In this document: positions 50,590-59,585 of the stretch, one piece after another | How the letters are laid out: each line of letters opens with the position of its first letter | Numbering within the stretch: the stretch's first letter is position 1 | Assembly: GCA_021816845.1 (NCBI GenBank) | Contig: JAKAWT010000001.1 | Span: 134,087-198,086 of the forward strand | Reading direction: 5' to 3' | Source: a bacterium | Lineage (GTDB): Bacteria; Patescibacteriota; Dojkabacteria; JAKAPS01; JAJZLI01 | Length of the DNA stretch: 64,000 bases | Program-made: the position numbers and the translations under genes | The notes under the pieces: model-generated | Told to the model about the DNA's origin: nothing | The model's input: only the letters and a program-made list of their open reading frames with translations | Databases searched by the model: none

Positions 50590-50596
50590 ATATATG

Positions 50597-50794
50597 CTAC
50601 TCTCCATACCAACCTTCAGGATCTCCTTCTCTTACACCATCCTCCTCCCTATATAATTCTTCCAGAATCTTTTGTTCTTCTGGACTTAAATCTATTCCAT
50701 CCATAACTTTTCCTACCACTACAGAACGCTTATGCTCCATCCTCCTTGCACTTTCATCAACTTCTACAATATATATTTCTTCTTCTCTCTCCAT
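50597..50794 (-). CDS. Small highly charged (Glu/Arg-rich) protein of 65 aa.
   Basis: Intact ORF with no recognisable motifs. It looks like a paralog of the adjacent small ORF (shared ..LSPxxE.. core). Confidence 0.3.
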   Translation of the reverse strand: MEREEEIYIVEVDESARRMEHKRSVVVGKVMDGIDLSPEEQKILEELYREEDGVREGDPEGWYGE

Positions 50795-50818
50795 AACAGT
50801 TAAATAGTAAATTAAAAT

Positions 50819-51001
50819 TTATCTTGACCTTGAGTATCTATCATTTATTTCCTTAACTTTTCTTCTTCTCTCATTCTCAGTTCTAGAATCCCTAATAGCT
50901 CTCTCAACTTCTAATAAATACCCATTATTAGATTTTCTCTCACGTTCATCACTAGGTGAAAGTAATTCTTCTCCATTTAATCTAGTCAATCTTTCATCCA
51001 T
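50819..51001 (-). CDS. Small highly charged (Glu/Arg-rich) protein of 60 aa.
   Basis: Intact ORF with no recognisable motifs. It is co-oriented with the upstream membrane protein gene. Confidence 0.3.
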   Translation of the reverse strand: MDERLTRLNGEELLSPSDERERKSNNGYLLEVERAIRDSRTENERRRKVKEINDRYSRSR

Positions 51002-51039
51002 AATATTAAAATAATAAAATTAATCATTCAAAGTATAAA

Positions 51040-51942
51040 CTATCCTATAGTTTTTGTCAACATGGATATATTCAAAGTTTTTAGTTTTATATATATTCCT
51101 GTCCAAAATGTTAGAATAAAAACATTTAGGAAAGAATACAATAATGTCATAAGTATAAAATCCATAATAATCAGTATTATAAATATTGCTACACCAATAT
51201 GTGAATAATATAAAATTACAGAAATAGTCATATTGTTAATTGAATTTATTAAAACTATAAAAAATAATAAGTATATTAGGAATATACCAGTTATTTTCAA
51301 GAACATGCTTATATTGTTATAAACAATAACAAATGATCTTCTCATAGCATCTATAATATCCATATCTTGATCACATACAAAAATTACACCTATCATATTA
51401 ACTGATATAAGATATAAAAGAAAAATTGTAAGAATAACCAATGCAAGTAAAAATATTAATGATGCTATATACGGTATAAACGAAATTGCCACAACAATTA
51501 GTATGTATACTATAAATAGGAAAGTAGTGATAATATAAAAAACTATTTCATAAACAAAATATGATACTGCAACTCTCCTTCCATTTAGAATAAAAGATTT
51601 GATAGGATATATTTCTTGCCAATATTCTATATTGAGCATGCTTTTTACTATAGAAGCTTGTATAAAATAGAAAATCAAAGTTCCTAATATAATATATATA
51701 AGTACGATGAATGCTATTAATAACAAGACAAAAATATTAAAATGAGAGATTAAATTTAATATATATTTTGTATTATGATTTTTAAATACATAATTTGTAA
51801 GTAGAAAATATAAAATTGGAATAAGGGAAAATAAAACTAAAGATATAATAGAAAGATATAATAGATTAATATTTTTAAAAATGATAAAAATAGAATCTCT
51901 TATTTGTGTCAGAATGTCTGATATAGGAATATCTTTATTCAT
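51040..51942 (-). CDS. Polytopic membrane protein (about 7-8 TM) of unknown function.
   Basis: Hydropathy. Confidence 0.5.
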   Translation of the reverse strand: MNKDIPISDILTQIRDSIFIIFKNINLLYLSIISLVLFSLIPILYFLLTNYVFKNHNTKYILNLISHFNIFVLLLIAFIVLIYIILGTLIFYFIQASIVKSMLNIEYWQEIYPIKSFILNGRRVAVSYFVYEIVFYIITTFLFIVYILIVVAISFIPYIASLIFLLALVILTIFLLYLISVNMIGVIFVCDQDMDIIDAMRRSFVIVYNNISMFLKITGIFLIYLLFFIVLINSINNMTISVILYYSHIGVAIFIILIIMDFILMTLLYSFLNVFILTFWTGIYIKLKTLNISMLTKTIG

Positions 51943-51965
51943 AAGTAAAATTGATTATATAACAT

Positions 51966-53120
51966 ATGAATTATTTGACAATATATGATATAATTATTGA
52001 GCTTATGACAGAACCTCAGCCTACTCAAAAATCGATACAAAAATTGTTAAATATTGCTTTAGAAAAAGGATATTTATTAGAGTCAGATGTCCTAGGTGAA
52101 ATCCCATATATTGAAAATAATATTGATAATATCGATCTACTTTTTATTGAACTGGCAAAACAAAATTTGGAAATTATATATGAAGAAGATGACTATGAAG
52201 ATAAGTCAAAAAAACCTGCAGTAGTTAAAAAAGAAGACATAACTCTTGAGGATAAAATTAAGATATTAAAAACCATACAATCTAATATTGATTCAGATCC
52301 AATCAGAGCATATCTCCAGGAAATAGGTAAAATTCCTCTTCTAACAGGGAAAGAAGAAGTTACTCTCGCAAAAAGAATAAAAAGTGGAGATAAAGAAGCT
52401 ACAGAATATTTAACTACAGCAAATTTAAGATTAGTTGTATCAATTGCCAAAAAATATTATAAGGGTGGAAGTTTAAGTTTGCTTGACCTCATTCAAGAAG
52501 GAAACATAGGACTAATGAGAGCTGTGGATAAATTTGATTATACAAGAGGTTATAAATTTTCAACTTATGCTACTTGGTGGATAAGACAAGCAATAACAAG
52601 AGCAATTGCTGATCAAGAAAGAACAATTAGAATACCTGTACATATGATTGAAACTATACATCAACTTCAAAAAGTGAGAAGTACCCTCTCAATGAAACTA
52701 CAAAGATCACCTTCATCTCAAGAATTAGCAAAGGAGATGGGAAAAACTGTTGATCAAGTTGAAGAAATCATAAAGATATCCCAGTACCCTACTTCACTAT
52801 CAACACCAGTAGGAGACGATGGCTCTGGATCAAGCACAATAGCAGATTTTATTGCAGATGAAGATAACCCACAACCAGAGGCAGTAGCATCAAAAGATTT
52901 TTTGAAAAATCAGATCAGTGACGTTTTATCAGGTTTATCTGACAGAGAGAGAAAGGTTATTGAGTTGAGATTTGGTCTTCAAGATGGTGTAGCAAGGACG
53001 CTTGAGGAAGTTGGAAGAGAGTTTAAAGTAACAAGGGAAAGAATAAGACAGATTGAATCTAAAGCCTTAAAAAAATTAAATACTAAGGAAGTAAAACAAA
53101 TTCTCCAAGATTATATATAA
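51966..53120 (+). CDS. rpoD: RNA polymerase sigma-70 factor, primary-type (RpoD-like, with regions 1.1-4).
   Basis: Region 1.2 [17 protein letters not shown]. Region 2 [43 protein letters not shown]. Region 4.2 [21 protein letters not shown] more likely true start is Met at 52005 ([15 protein letters not shown]). Confidence 0.85.
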   Translation: MNYLTIYDIIIELMTEPQPTQKSIQKLLNIALEKGYLLESDVLGEIPYIENNIDNIDLLFIELAKQNLEIIYEEDDYEDKSKKPAVVKKEDITLEDKIKILKTIQSNIDSDPIRAYLQEIGKIPLLTGKEEVTLAKRIKSGDKEATEYLTTANLRLVVSIAKKYYKGGSLSLLDLIQEGNIGLMRAVDKFDYTRGYKFSTYATWWIRQAITRAIADQERTIRIPVHMIETIHQLQKVRSTLSMKLQRSPSSQELAKEMGKTVDQVEEIIKISQYPTSLSTPVGDDGSGSSTIADFIADEDNPQPEAVASKDFLKNQISDVLSGLSDRERKVIELRFGLQDGVARTLEEVGREFKVTRERIRQIESKALKKLNTKEVKQILQDYI

Positions 53121-53198
53121 AAATCACCCTACACAATAATAAATACTGAAATTTGATAAATATGTAGTATAATTACAGGATATTTAGATTATTAAATT

Positions 53199-54074
53199 AT
53201 GGAAGCTTTAAAAACAGAATATTATAATTGCAATACTGAAGTTATTGTAGATCCTATGGTTGCATATCTGGAAGAAGTTCATACTATTCCATTACTTACA
53301 AGGGAGGATGAGGTGAGATTAGGGATAAGAATGGAAAAAGGAGATGCTAAAGCAGAAGAAGAATTAATAGTAGCTAATTTGAGATTAGTTATATATTATG
53401 CAAAAAAAGTATACCAACCAGGAGGCCTAGATCTACTTGATTTAATTCAAGAAGGAAATTTAGGCCTTATTAAAGCTGTAAAAAAGTTTGACTATACAAG
53501 AGGATATAAATTTTCAACTTACTCCACTTGGTGGATAAAGCATTTTATTGAAAGAGCAGAATCACAATCTAGAACTGTTACGATCCCTCACAATATTATC
53601 ATCTATAATAAAAGGATAAAAAGATTAAGAAATGATTTATCCCAAAACTTACAAAGAGAGCCTAAGCCAGAAGAGATAGCTGAAGAGATAGGTAAACCTT
53701 TACATGAAGTAGAAGATATTGTAATGATATCTAAAAACCCATTATCATTATCAACTACTATAAGGAATAGTGATGATTTAGAAGCTACAACTATAGCAGA
53801 GTTTATAACATCTAAAGATGATATACCTCCTGATGAAATAGCTGCACAAGATTTTCTAAAAGAGGAGATACAAAAATTATTAGCGAATTTATCAGACAGA
53901 GAAAGAAAAATAATAGAACTGAGGTTTGGCTTCAATGATGGAATTGTAAGAACATTAGAAGAGGTTGGGAAAAAGTTTGGACGGACCAAAGAGAGAATAA
54001 GGCAAATTGAATGCAAAGTGTTAAAAGGGTTACAAACTAAAGAAGTATTACAAATATTACATGATTACATTTGA
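53199..54074 (+). CDS. Sigma-70 family factor (group-2-like paralog without region 1.1).
   Basis: Regions 1.2 to 4 are present ([43 protein letters not shown]). Region 2.4 and 4.2 residues diverge from rpoD. Confidence 0.8.
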   Translation: MEALKTEYYNCNTEVIVDPMVAYLEEVHTIPLLTREDEVRLGIRMEKGDAKAEEELIVANLRLVIYYAKKVYQPGGLDLLDLIQEGNLGLIKAVKKFDYTRGYKFSTYSTWWIKHFIERAESQSRTVTIPHNIIIYNKRIKRLRNDLSQNLQREPKPEEIAEEIGKPLHEVEDIVMISKNPLSLSTTIRNSDDLEATTIAEFITSKDDIPPDEIAAQDFLKEEIQKLLANLSDRERKIIELRFGFNDGIVRTLEEVGKKFGRTKERIRQIECKVLKGLQTKEVLQILHDYI

Positions 54075-54126
54075 ATATTGATCAATACTATGAGATTAAA
54101 TATGATCAAAAATTTGTTTAAATATT

Positions 54127-55029
54127 ATGGAAGCCTTTAGAGAAGAGATAGGATACAATGAATTTGAAGATTATCTTGCTAATGAACCAGAATTAGATCC
54201 TGTAAAAATTTATCTACAAGAAATTAGTCAATTTCCACTACTAACTAAAGATGATGAAATAAGATTAGGCAAAAGAATAAAAAGTGATAATCCAGAAGAC
54301 GTTGATCTGGCTAAAAAATCCTTAGCAGAATCCAATTTAAGATTAGTTGTATCTATTGCAAAAAAATACCATACAGATAGTTTGGATATTCTCGATATAA
54401 TTCAGGAAGGGAATATGGGTTTAATCACTGCTGTAGAAAAATTTGATTATAGTCTTGGGTTTAAATTTTCAACTTACGCTACATGGTGGATTAAACAATC
54501 TATAACTAGAGCTATAGCAGATAAAGATAGAACAATAAGAATACCTTCTCATGGTATAGATAAAATCAATAAGATTAGAAAAGTTAGAAATATTTTAACT
54601 ACAGTATTAGGTAGACAACCTTTAGAGGCCGAGATAGGTGAAGAAACTGGTATATTAGAGAGTAAAATCAAAGAAATTTATACATCATCTAGGCGTACAA
54701 TATCTCTATCTACACCAATCGGAGAAGATATAGAGTCTGAAACATTAGGTGATTTTATAGCAGATGAAAAAACAGAACCACCTGATATTAGTGCTCTAAA
54801 ATTAATTTTAAAATCCGAGCTTTCTGATATGTTATCAGGATTATCAAAGAGAGAAATTCAAATATTAAACATGAGATTAGGCTTAAATGATGGATATGAG
54901 AAAACATTAACTGAGGTGGCCAATATATTTAACATTTCTAGAGAAAGAGTCAGAAATATTGAATCAAATGCTCTAAAGAGATTAAGAACTCCGCAATTAG
55001 AATCATTATTAAAATTAATGGTTCAATGA
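54127..55029 (+). CDS. Sigma-70 family factor (third tandem paralog).
   Basis: [42 protein letters not shown]. Region 4 [21 protein letters not shown]. Confidence 0.8.
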   Translation: MEAFREEIGYNEFEDYLANEPELDPVKIYLQEISQFPLLTKDDEIRLGKRIKSDNPEDVDLAKKSLAESNLRLVVSIAKKYHTDSLDILDIIQEGNMGLITAVEKFDYSLGFKFSTYATWWIKQSITRAIADKDRTIRIPSHGIDKINKIRKVRNILTTVLGRQPLEAEIGEETGILESKIKEIYTSSRRTISLSTPIGEDIESETLGDFIADEKTEPPDISALKLILKSELSDMLSGLSKREIQILNMRLGLNDGYEKTLTEVANIFNISRERVRNIESNALKRLRTPQLESLLKLMVQ

Positions 55030-55131
55030 AATTGATTTTGTTTACAAATATATTCTTATCCACTACTATAATATATGGACAATATGTCCAAAATATGATA
55101 TATACAGATAGTTTAAAATATTATAGGACGT

Positions 55132-55767
55132 ATGGAACAATTATCTTTGTTTTTAATACAATCTGGTATTAGTCAAAACACGCTATATATACTATTAGCC
55201 ATACCTGTGGTAGCTCTATTTATAGTATTTATAAGACAAATCATAGGATTTGAAACATTTAATCTATATATCACCATACTCTCTATACTAGCTTTTTTCT
55301 CAACAGGTCTATTGTATGGTATATTTTTCGTTTTATACATACTGATTTTTGAAATTATATTAAAATATTTAATCAAGAATCTAACATTACATCATACAGC
55401 AAAAGAAGCTTTAACTATATCTTTTATATCATTTGCAATAATAGGGGCTTTATATAGTGTTCATGTAATATTTAATTATCATCATAGTATTTCAATATAT
55501 GCAATATTAATACTAATGTTACTTGGAGAATCTCTAGCCACAATGAAGATTAAAAAGGGAGAGAGACATGGTAACTATATATATATTCAAACCATAATTA
55601 TTGGACTTTTGATATATATGGCAGTTGGATCTTATGACTTTAGGACGACAATCATAAAATACCCAGTTTTATCACTTATTGCAATAATTTTTGATGTATA
55701 CGTTGGAAGAGTGACATCTTTAAGATTTACAGAACTGTTTAGATTTAGAAAATTAATCAAAGACTAA
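55132..55767 (+). CDS. Polytopic (about 6-7 TM) membrane protein. It resembles the 7TM modules found with RimK-related ATP-grasp ligases.
   Basis: Hydropathy. It lies immediately upstream of, and 1 nt apart from, the ATP-grasp::protease fusion. Confidence 0.45.
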   Translation: MEQLSLFLIQSGISQNTLYILLAIPVVALFIVFIRQIIGFETFNLYITILSILAFFSTGLLYGIFFVLYILIFEIILKYLIKNLTLHHTAKEALTISFISFAIIGALYSVHVIFNYHHSISIYAILILMLLGESLATMKIKKGERHGNYIYIQTIIIGLLIYMAVGSYDFRTTIIKYPVLSLIAIIFDVYVGRVTSLRFTELFRFRKLIKD

Positions 55768-55768
55768 T

Positions 55769-57154
55769 ATGATAGTTATATCAAAAGAAAAATCAAAAAA
55801 ACTTTTGGGTATGAATGCTAGAAATTTACTCTTTATTGACAAATCGGCTACAGCAATATCTAATTCAAAAATAAAATCAAAAAAAAGACTTAAGGATTTT
55901 AATATTCCTGTATCAAAAACTATTGCAACAATTAAAAATCTAGAAGAATTTGAAAATTTTGATTTTTCTAATCTACCTCTAAGTTTTGTACTAAAACCAA
56001 ATAAAGGGTTAGGAGGTGAAGGTATAATTATTGTATATGGGAAAAAGAAGAAAAAAAGTATTGATGAAGAAGACTCTTGGATAATGCCTAATAAAGAAGT
56101 TATAACCTTAACAAAGTTAAAAAGTCATATTTTAGATATTCTGAATGGGAATTTTTCTATAAATTCAGGTAATGACACTGCACTATTTGAAGAAAGAGTA
56201 AAAGTAATTCCTTTATTTTCAAAATTCACAAAACAAGGATTACCAGATATTAGAATTATAGTATACAGAAATATTCCGATAATGGCTGAATGTAGAATTC
56301 CAACAATAGAATCTAAAGGTAAGGCCAACCTTCACTCTGGAGGTGTTGGAGTTGGAATTGATATAGCAAATGGTGTAACTACAAATGCTATATTAAAAAA
56401 TTCTTCTATAGAAATTCATCCAGACACCGGAGAACGACTTAGTGGTATAAAAATACCTTACTGGAATAAGATATTAGAGATGTCTATACTATCATCCATA
56501 GCAATTAATGCAAAATTTATTGGAGTTGATATTGCTATAGATAAAAATAATGGACCATTAATCTTAGAAGTAAATGCTAGACCTGGATTAGCTATACAAA
56601 TTGCAAATAATGATGGGTTGAAAGAAAGACTTCTATCTGTCTCAAAAATAAAGACAAAAAACCCTCAATCTTCAATAAGAATTGCTAAAGAAATATTTGG
56701 AGGAGAAATAGAAGAAGAGGTCTCAGAAATTACAGGAAAGATAATAATAGGAAAAAAAGTGAAAGTATTAATAGGGAGTATGAGAACTCCCATAGAGGCA
56801 AAAATAGATAGTGGTGCATACCGTTCTTCAATATCTGAAGATATCGCAAAAGAAATAGGATACAATAATGTGTTAGAGAAATTTAATAAAATAGATATTC
56901 CTTCAAACTTGAATATAGGGAATATTAAAATTAAAGAAGAAGAACTTACAAAGCGTTATCATATAAAACTAAAATCAATTAGATCTGTAAATGGATTTTC
57001 AATAAGACCAGTAATAACTGCATCGCTAGAATTTTGTGACACAGATATAAATATAGAAACTGATTTTACAATTGCCCAAAGATCATATATGAGGTACCCT
57101 ATAATAATAGGGAGGAAAGATCTTTCAAATTTTTTATTAGATGTAACAAAGTAA
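55769..57154 (+). CDS. Alpha-L-glutamate-ligase-related ATP-grasp domain fused to a C-terminal retropepsin-like zinc-protease domain (DUF785/RimB-like).
   Basis: ATP-grasp motifs (FVLKPNKGLGGEGI, LEVNARPG). The C-terminal 140 aa carry GKKVKVLIGSMRTPIEAKIDSGAYRSSI, the aspartyl-protease-like DTGA-variant signature of the putative ATP-dependent zinc protease family. Confidence 0.6.
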   Translation: MIVISKEKSKKLLGMNARNLLFIDKSATAISNSKIKSKKRLKDFNIPVSKTIATIKNLEEFENFDFSNLPLSFVLKPNKGLGGEGIIIVYGKKKKKSIDEEDSWIMPNKEVITLTKLKSHILDILNGNFSINSGNDTALFEERVKVIPLFSKFTKQGLPDIRIIVYRNIPIMAECRIPTIESKGKANLHSGGVGVGIDIANGVTTNAILKNSSIEIHPDTGERLSGIKIPYWNKILEMSILSSIAINAKFIGVDIAIDKNNGPLILEVNARPGLAIQIANNDGLKERLLSVSKIKTKNPQSSIRIAKEIFGGEIEEEVSEITGKIIIGKKVKVLIGSMRTPIEAKIDSGAYRSSISEDIAKEIGYNNVLEKFNKIDIPSNLNIGNIKIKEEELTKRYHIKLKSIRSVNGFSIRPVITASLEFCDTDINIETDFTIAQRSYMRYPIIIGRKDLSNFLLDVTK

Positions 57155-57281
57155 TCATAGATAGATTAAAAACTGTTAAGATTGAGAATTAAATGGTGAG
57201 AGATTAGTTTAAGTTAGGTACTCTAGTCCCTTTGTATTATAATGAACATAGTATAAATTAACTTATAACAAAATATAATGC

Positions 57282-58193
57282 TTGTTTAATATATTAATTA
57301 TGAAAATTGCTATTTTATCAAGATCTAAAAGTATTGAAGTACTTTCTCTAAAAGAAGAGGGTGAAAAAGAAGGGCATTCTGTTGATATTATTGATCCCAA
57401 GAAATTAGTATTTACTATTTTTAAAAATACTTTTGAAATATATACAGATACTGGAGTTAATATACTATCCTATGATGCATATATACCAAGGTACTTTGGT
57501 ATTACAACTGGTAAATATAGAAAAAATTCTAAAGGATTAGTCGTTAGGTATTTAACTGATCACAATAAAATTGTACTTGATAGTATTGAAGGTAAAAGAT
57601 TTTCTCAAGAGGGTAAAATTTTCTCATTTTCTAAATATTTAGAATCAGGTTTGTCATTGATCCCAACTCTATACTTATATTCTCAAAATTTGGATAAATT
57701 GGATCAACTATTAAAAGAACATAACATCAGCTCTCCTTATATTTTAAAAGATATAAAAGGAGTTCAGGGGAAAAATATTTATAAAGTTAATTCCAAAGAT
57801 GAAATTACAAATATAATAAAAAAGAATGTCAATATTCATTTTATGATACAACCATTTATAGGAATAGAGCATGATTTAAGAATCCTTGTATTAGGGGATA
57901 AGATATTAGGTTGTATGGATAAAATACATAAAAATAATGATTTTAAAGGAAATATAGCACAAGGTGCGATCGGAGTGCCTTTCAATATAACGAATGATAT
58001 TATAAAAATATCAAATATTGCAAGATTCAGAAATGGTGCTGATTTTTGTGGTGTTGATATTGCAATTACAAAAGATACTACCTACCTCCTGGAAGTAAAT
58101 AGATCTCCACAATACAAAGGTTTTATGAACGCTACTGGGATTAATGTATCCAAAGAAATAATTAAATATTTGGAATATTTATACGTATTATGA
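57282..58193 (+). CDS. RimK-family ATP-grasp peptide ligase (paralog A).
   Basis: N-terminal pre-ATP-grasp IAILSRS, a central ATP-grasp region, and LEVNRSPQYKGF. Confidence 0.65.
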   Translation: MFNILIMKIAILSRSKSIEVLSLKEEGEKEGHSVDIIDPKKLVFTIFKNTFEIYTDTGVNILSYDAYIPRYFGITTGKYRKNSKGLVVRYLTDHNKIVLDSIEGKRFSQEGKIFSFSKYLESGLSLIPTLYLYSQNLDKLDQLLKEHNISSPYILKDIKGVQGKNIYKVNSKDEITNIIKKNVNIHFMIQPFIGIEHDLRILVLGDKILGCMDKIHKNNDFKGNIAQGAIGVPFNITNDIIKISNIARFRNGADFCGVDIAITKDTTYLLEVNRSPQYKGFMNATGINVSKEIIKYLEYLYVL

Positions 58194-59113
58194 GAATTTG
58201 TCTATTAACAAGATCCAACCGAGGAAATGATATTAATAACTTTTTTTATGTAAAAGCTCTAAAAAATGCTTCACTTAAAAGAGGACATACATTTGATATA
58301 ATTGATCCTGGTGATTTGATCTATTATATACAAGAAGATAATCTTTTAATAAAAACTGGAAGCAATAAAAATATATTAGATTTTGATGTTTATATACCAA
58401 AGGTAGTCTTAATAAAAGAAGGTGTCAAAAGAATATCTGATAGGGGAATTCTTGTAAAATATCTCATTGACCATAATAAAATATTTTTTAACTTCACTGA
58501 AAGTTTTAGAAGTTCATCACGAAGCAAGATGTATGACTTTTTCAGACTTGCTAGTAATAATGTACCACTTATTCCTAGCATATATATAGAAGATAACAAA
58601 GATCTTGAGAGTGTGGATAAATATATAAAAAAGTTCAATTTCTCGTATCCTTTAATTCTAAAATCAAATAAAGGATTACAAGGGAAAAATCTTTTTTATA
58701 CTACTACAAGGAAAGAAGTACACAATGTATTACAAAAATATAGAGACATATCATTTATTATACAACCATATTATGAAATCATGCATGATCTCAGAATCAT
58801 TGTACTTAAAGGTAAGATTCTTGGCACTATGGATAAAATACACAAAAAGGATGATTTCAGAGGAAATATCGCCCAAGGAGCAATTGGGGTACCATATGAT
58901 CTTGATAAGGCTGTACAAAATATCGCTCTTAATGCAGCACAAGTTGATGGATCTGAATTTGTAGGTGTTGATATTGCAATTACAAATAAAGGACCTTTTG
59001 TACTTGAGGTCAACAGAAACTTAGGGTTTCAAGGATTTTCCAAGTTTCTAAAAGTAGATACTGCAGGTATCATAGTAGAATATTTAGAATCACTTTATAA
59101 TCATGCATTATAA
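58190..59113 (+). CDS. RimK-family ATP-grasp peptide ligase (paralog B). Its start overlaps the stop of paralog A (ATGA).
   Basis: It has the same architecture as paralog A, including LEVNRNLGFQGF. Confidence 0.65.
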   Translation: MRICLLTRSNRGNDINNFFYVKALKNASLKRGHTFDIIDPGDLIYYIQEDNLLIKTGSNKNILDFDVYIPKVVLIKEGVKRISDRGILVKYLIDHNKIFFNFTESFRSSSRSKMYDFFRLASNNVPLIPSIYIEDNKDLESVDKYIKKFNFSYPLILKSNKGLQGKNLFYTTTRKEVHNVLQKYRDISFIIQPYYEIMHDLRIIVLKGKILGTMDKIHKKDDFRGNIAQGAIGVPYDLDKAVQNIALNAAQVDGSEFVGVDIAITNKGPFVLEVNRNLGFQGFSKFLKVDTAGIIVEYLESLYNHAL

Positions 59114-59178
59114 ATACTTATATTCTACAAAGCATATTAAGAATATAAATAATCTATTATTTACAAGATAGTGCATAT

Positions 59179-59550
59179 ATGGAGAAAAAAAATATATCTA
59201 ATCACAGAAGATCGATAAAGAAAATAATATATGGATTTTTATTTTTTGTGATAGCATTCCTTCTGACTACTAATTTTCTTATAACACCAAAAAATGCACA
59301 AGGGAATATTATAACTCTAAATATATATATTGTTATTTCAGAAATATTTTTTATATTATTTTTCTTTATAACCTTTTTTGTTTATCTAATAAAACCAAAT
59401 ACTAGAAATTTTATAAAAAACTCAATAATAATACCTTTAACAATATCAATAATGATACTTTTGAGAGTTTTTGGTGAACTGGATATACTAATGATATTTG
59501 TCATCCCTATAACAGCAATAATACTTTATTTTTTAATCAGTATTATATAA
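59179..59550 (+). CDS. Small polytopic membrane protein (4 TM).
   Basis: Hydropathy. Confidence 0.4.
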   Translation: MEKKNISNHRRSIKKIIYGFLFFVIAFLLTTNFLITPKNAQGNIITLNIYIVISEIFFILFFFITFFVYLIKPNTRNFIKNSIIIPLTISIMILLRVFGELDILMIFVIPITAIILYFLISII

Positions 59551-59585
59551 TAATATAATTCCACATATTTGATATAATACTCCTT

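Noticed and set aside
53603-54016. 137-aa minus-strand ORF.
   Set aside because: It is antisense to the second sigma-factor gene.
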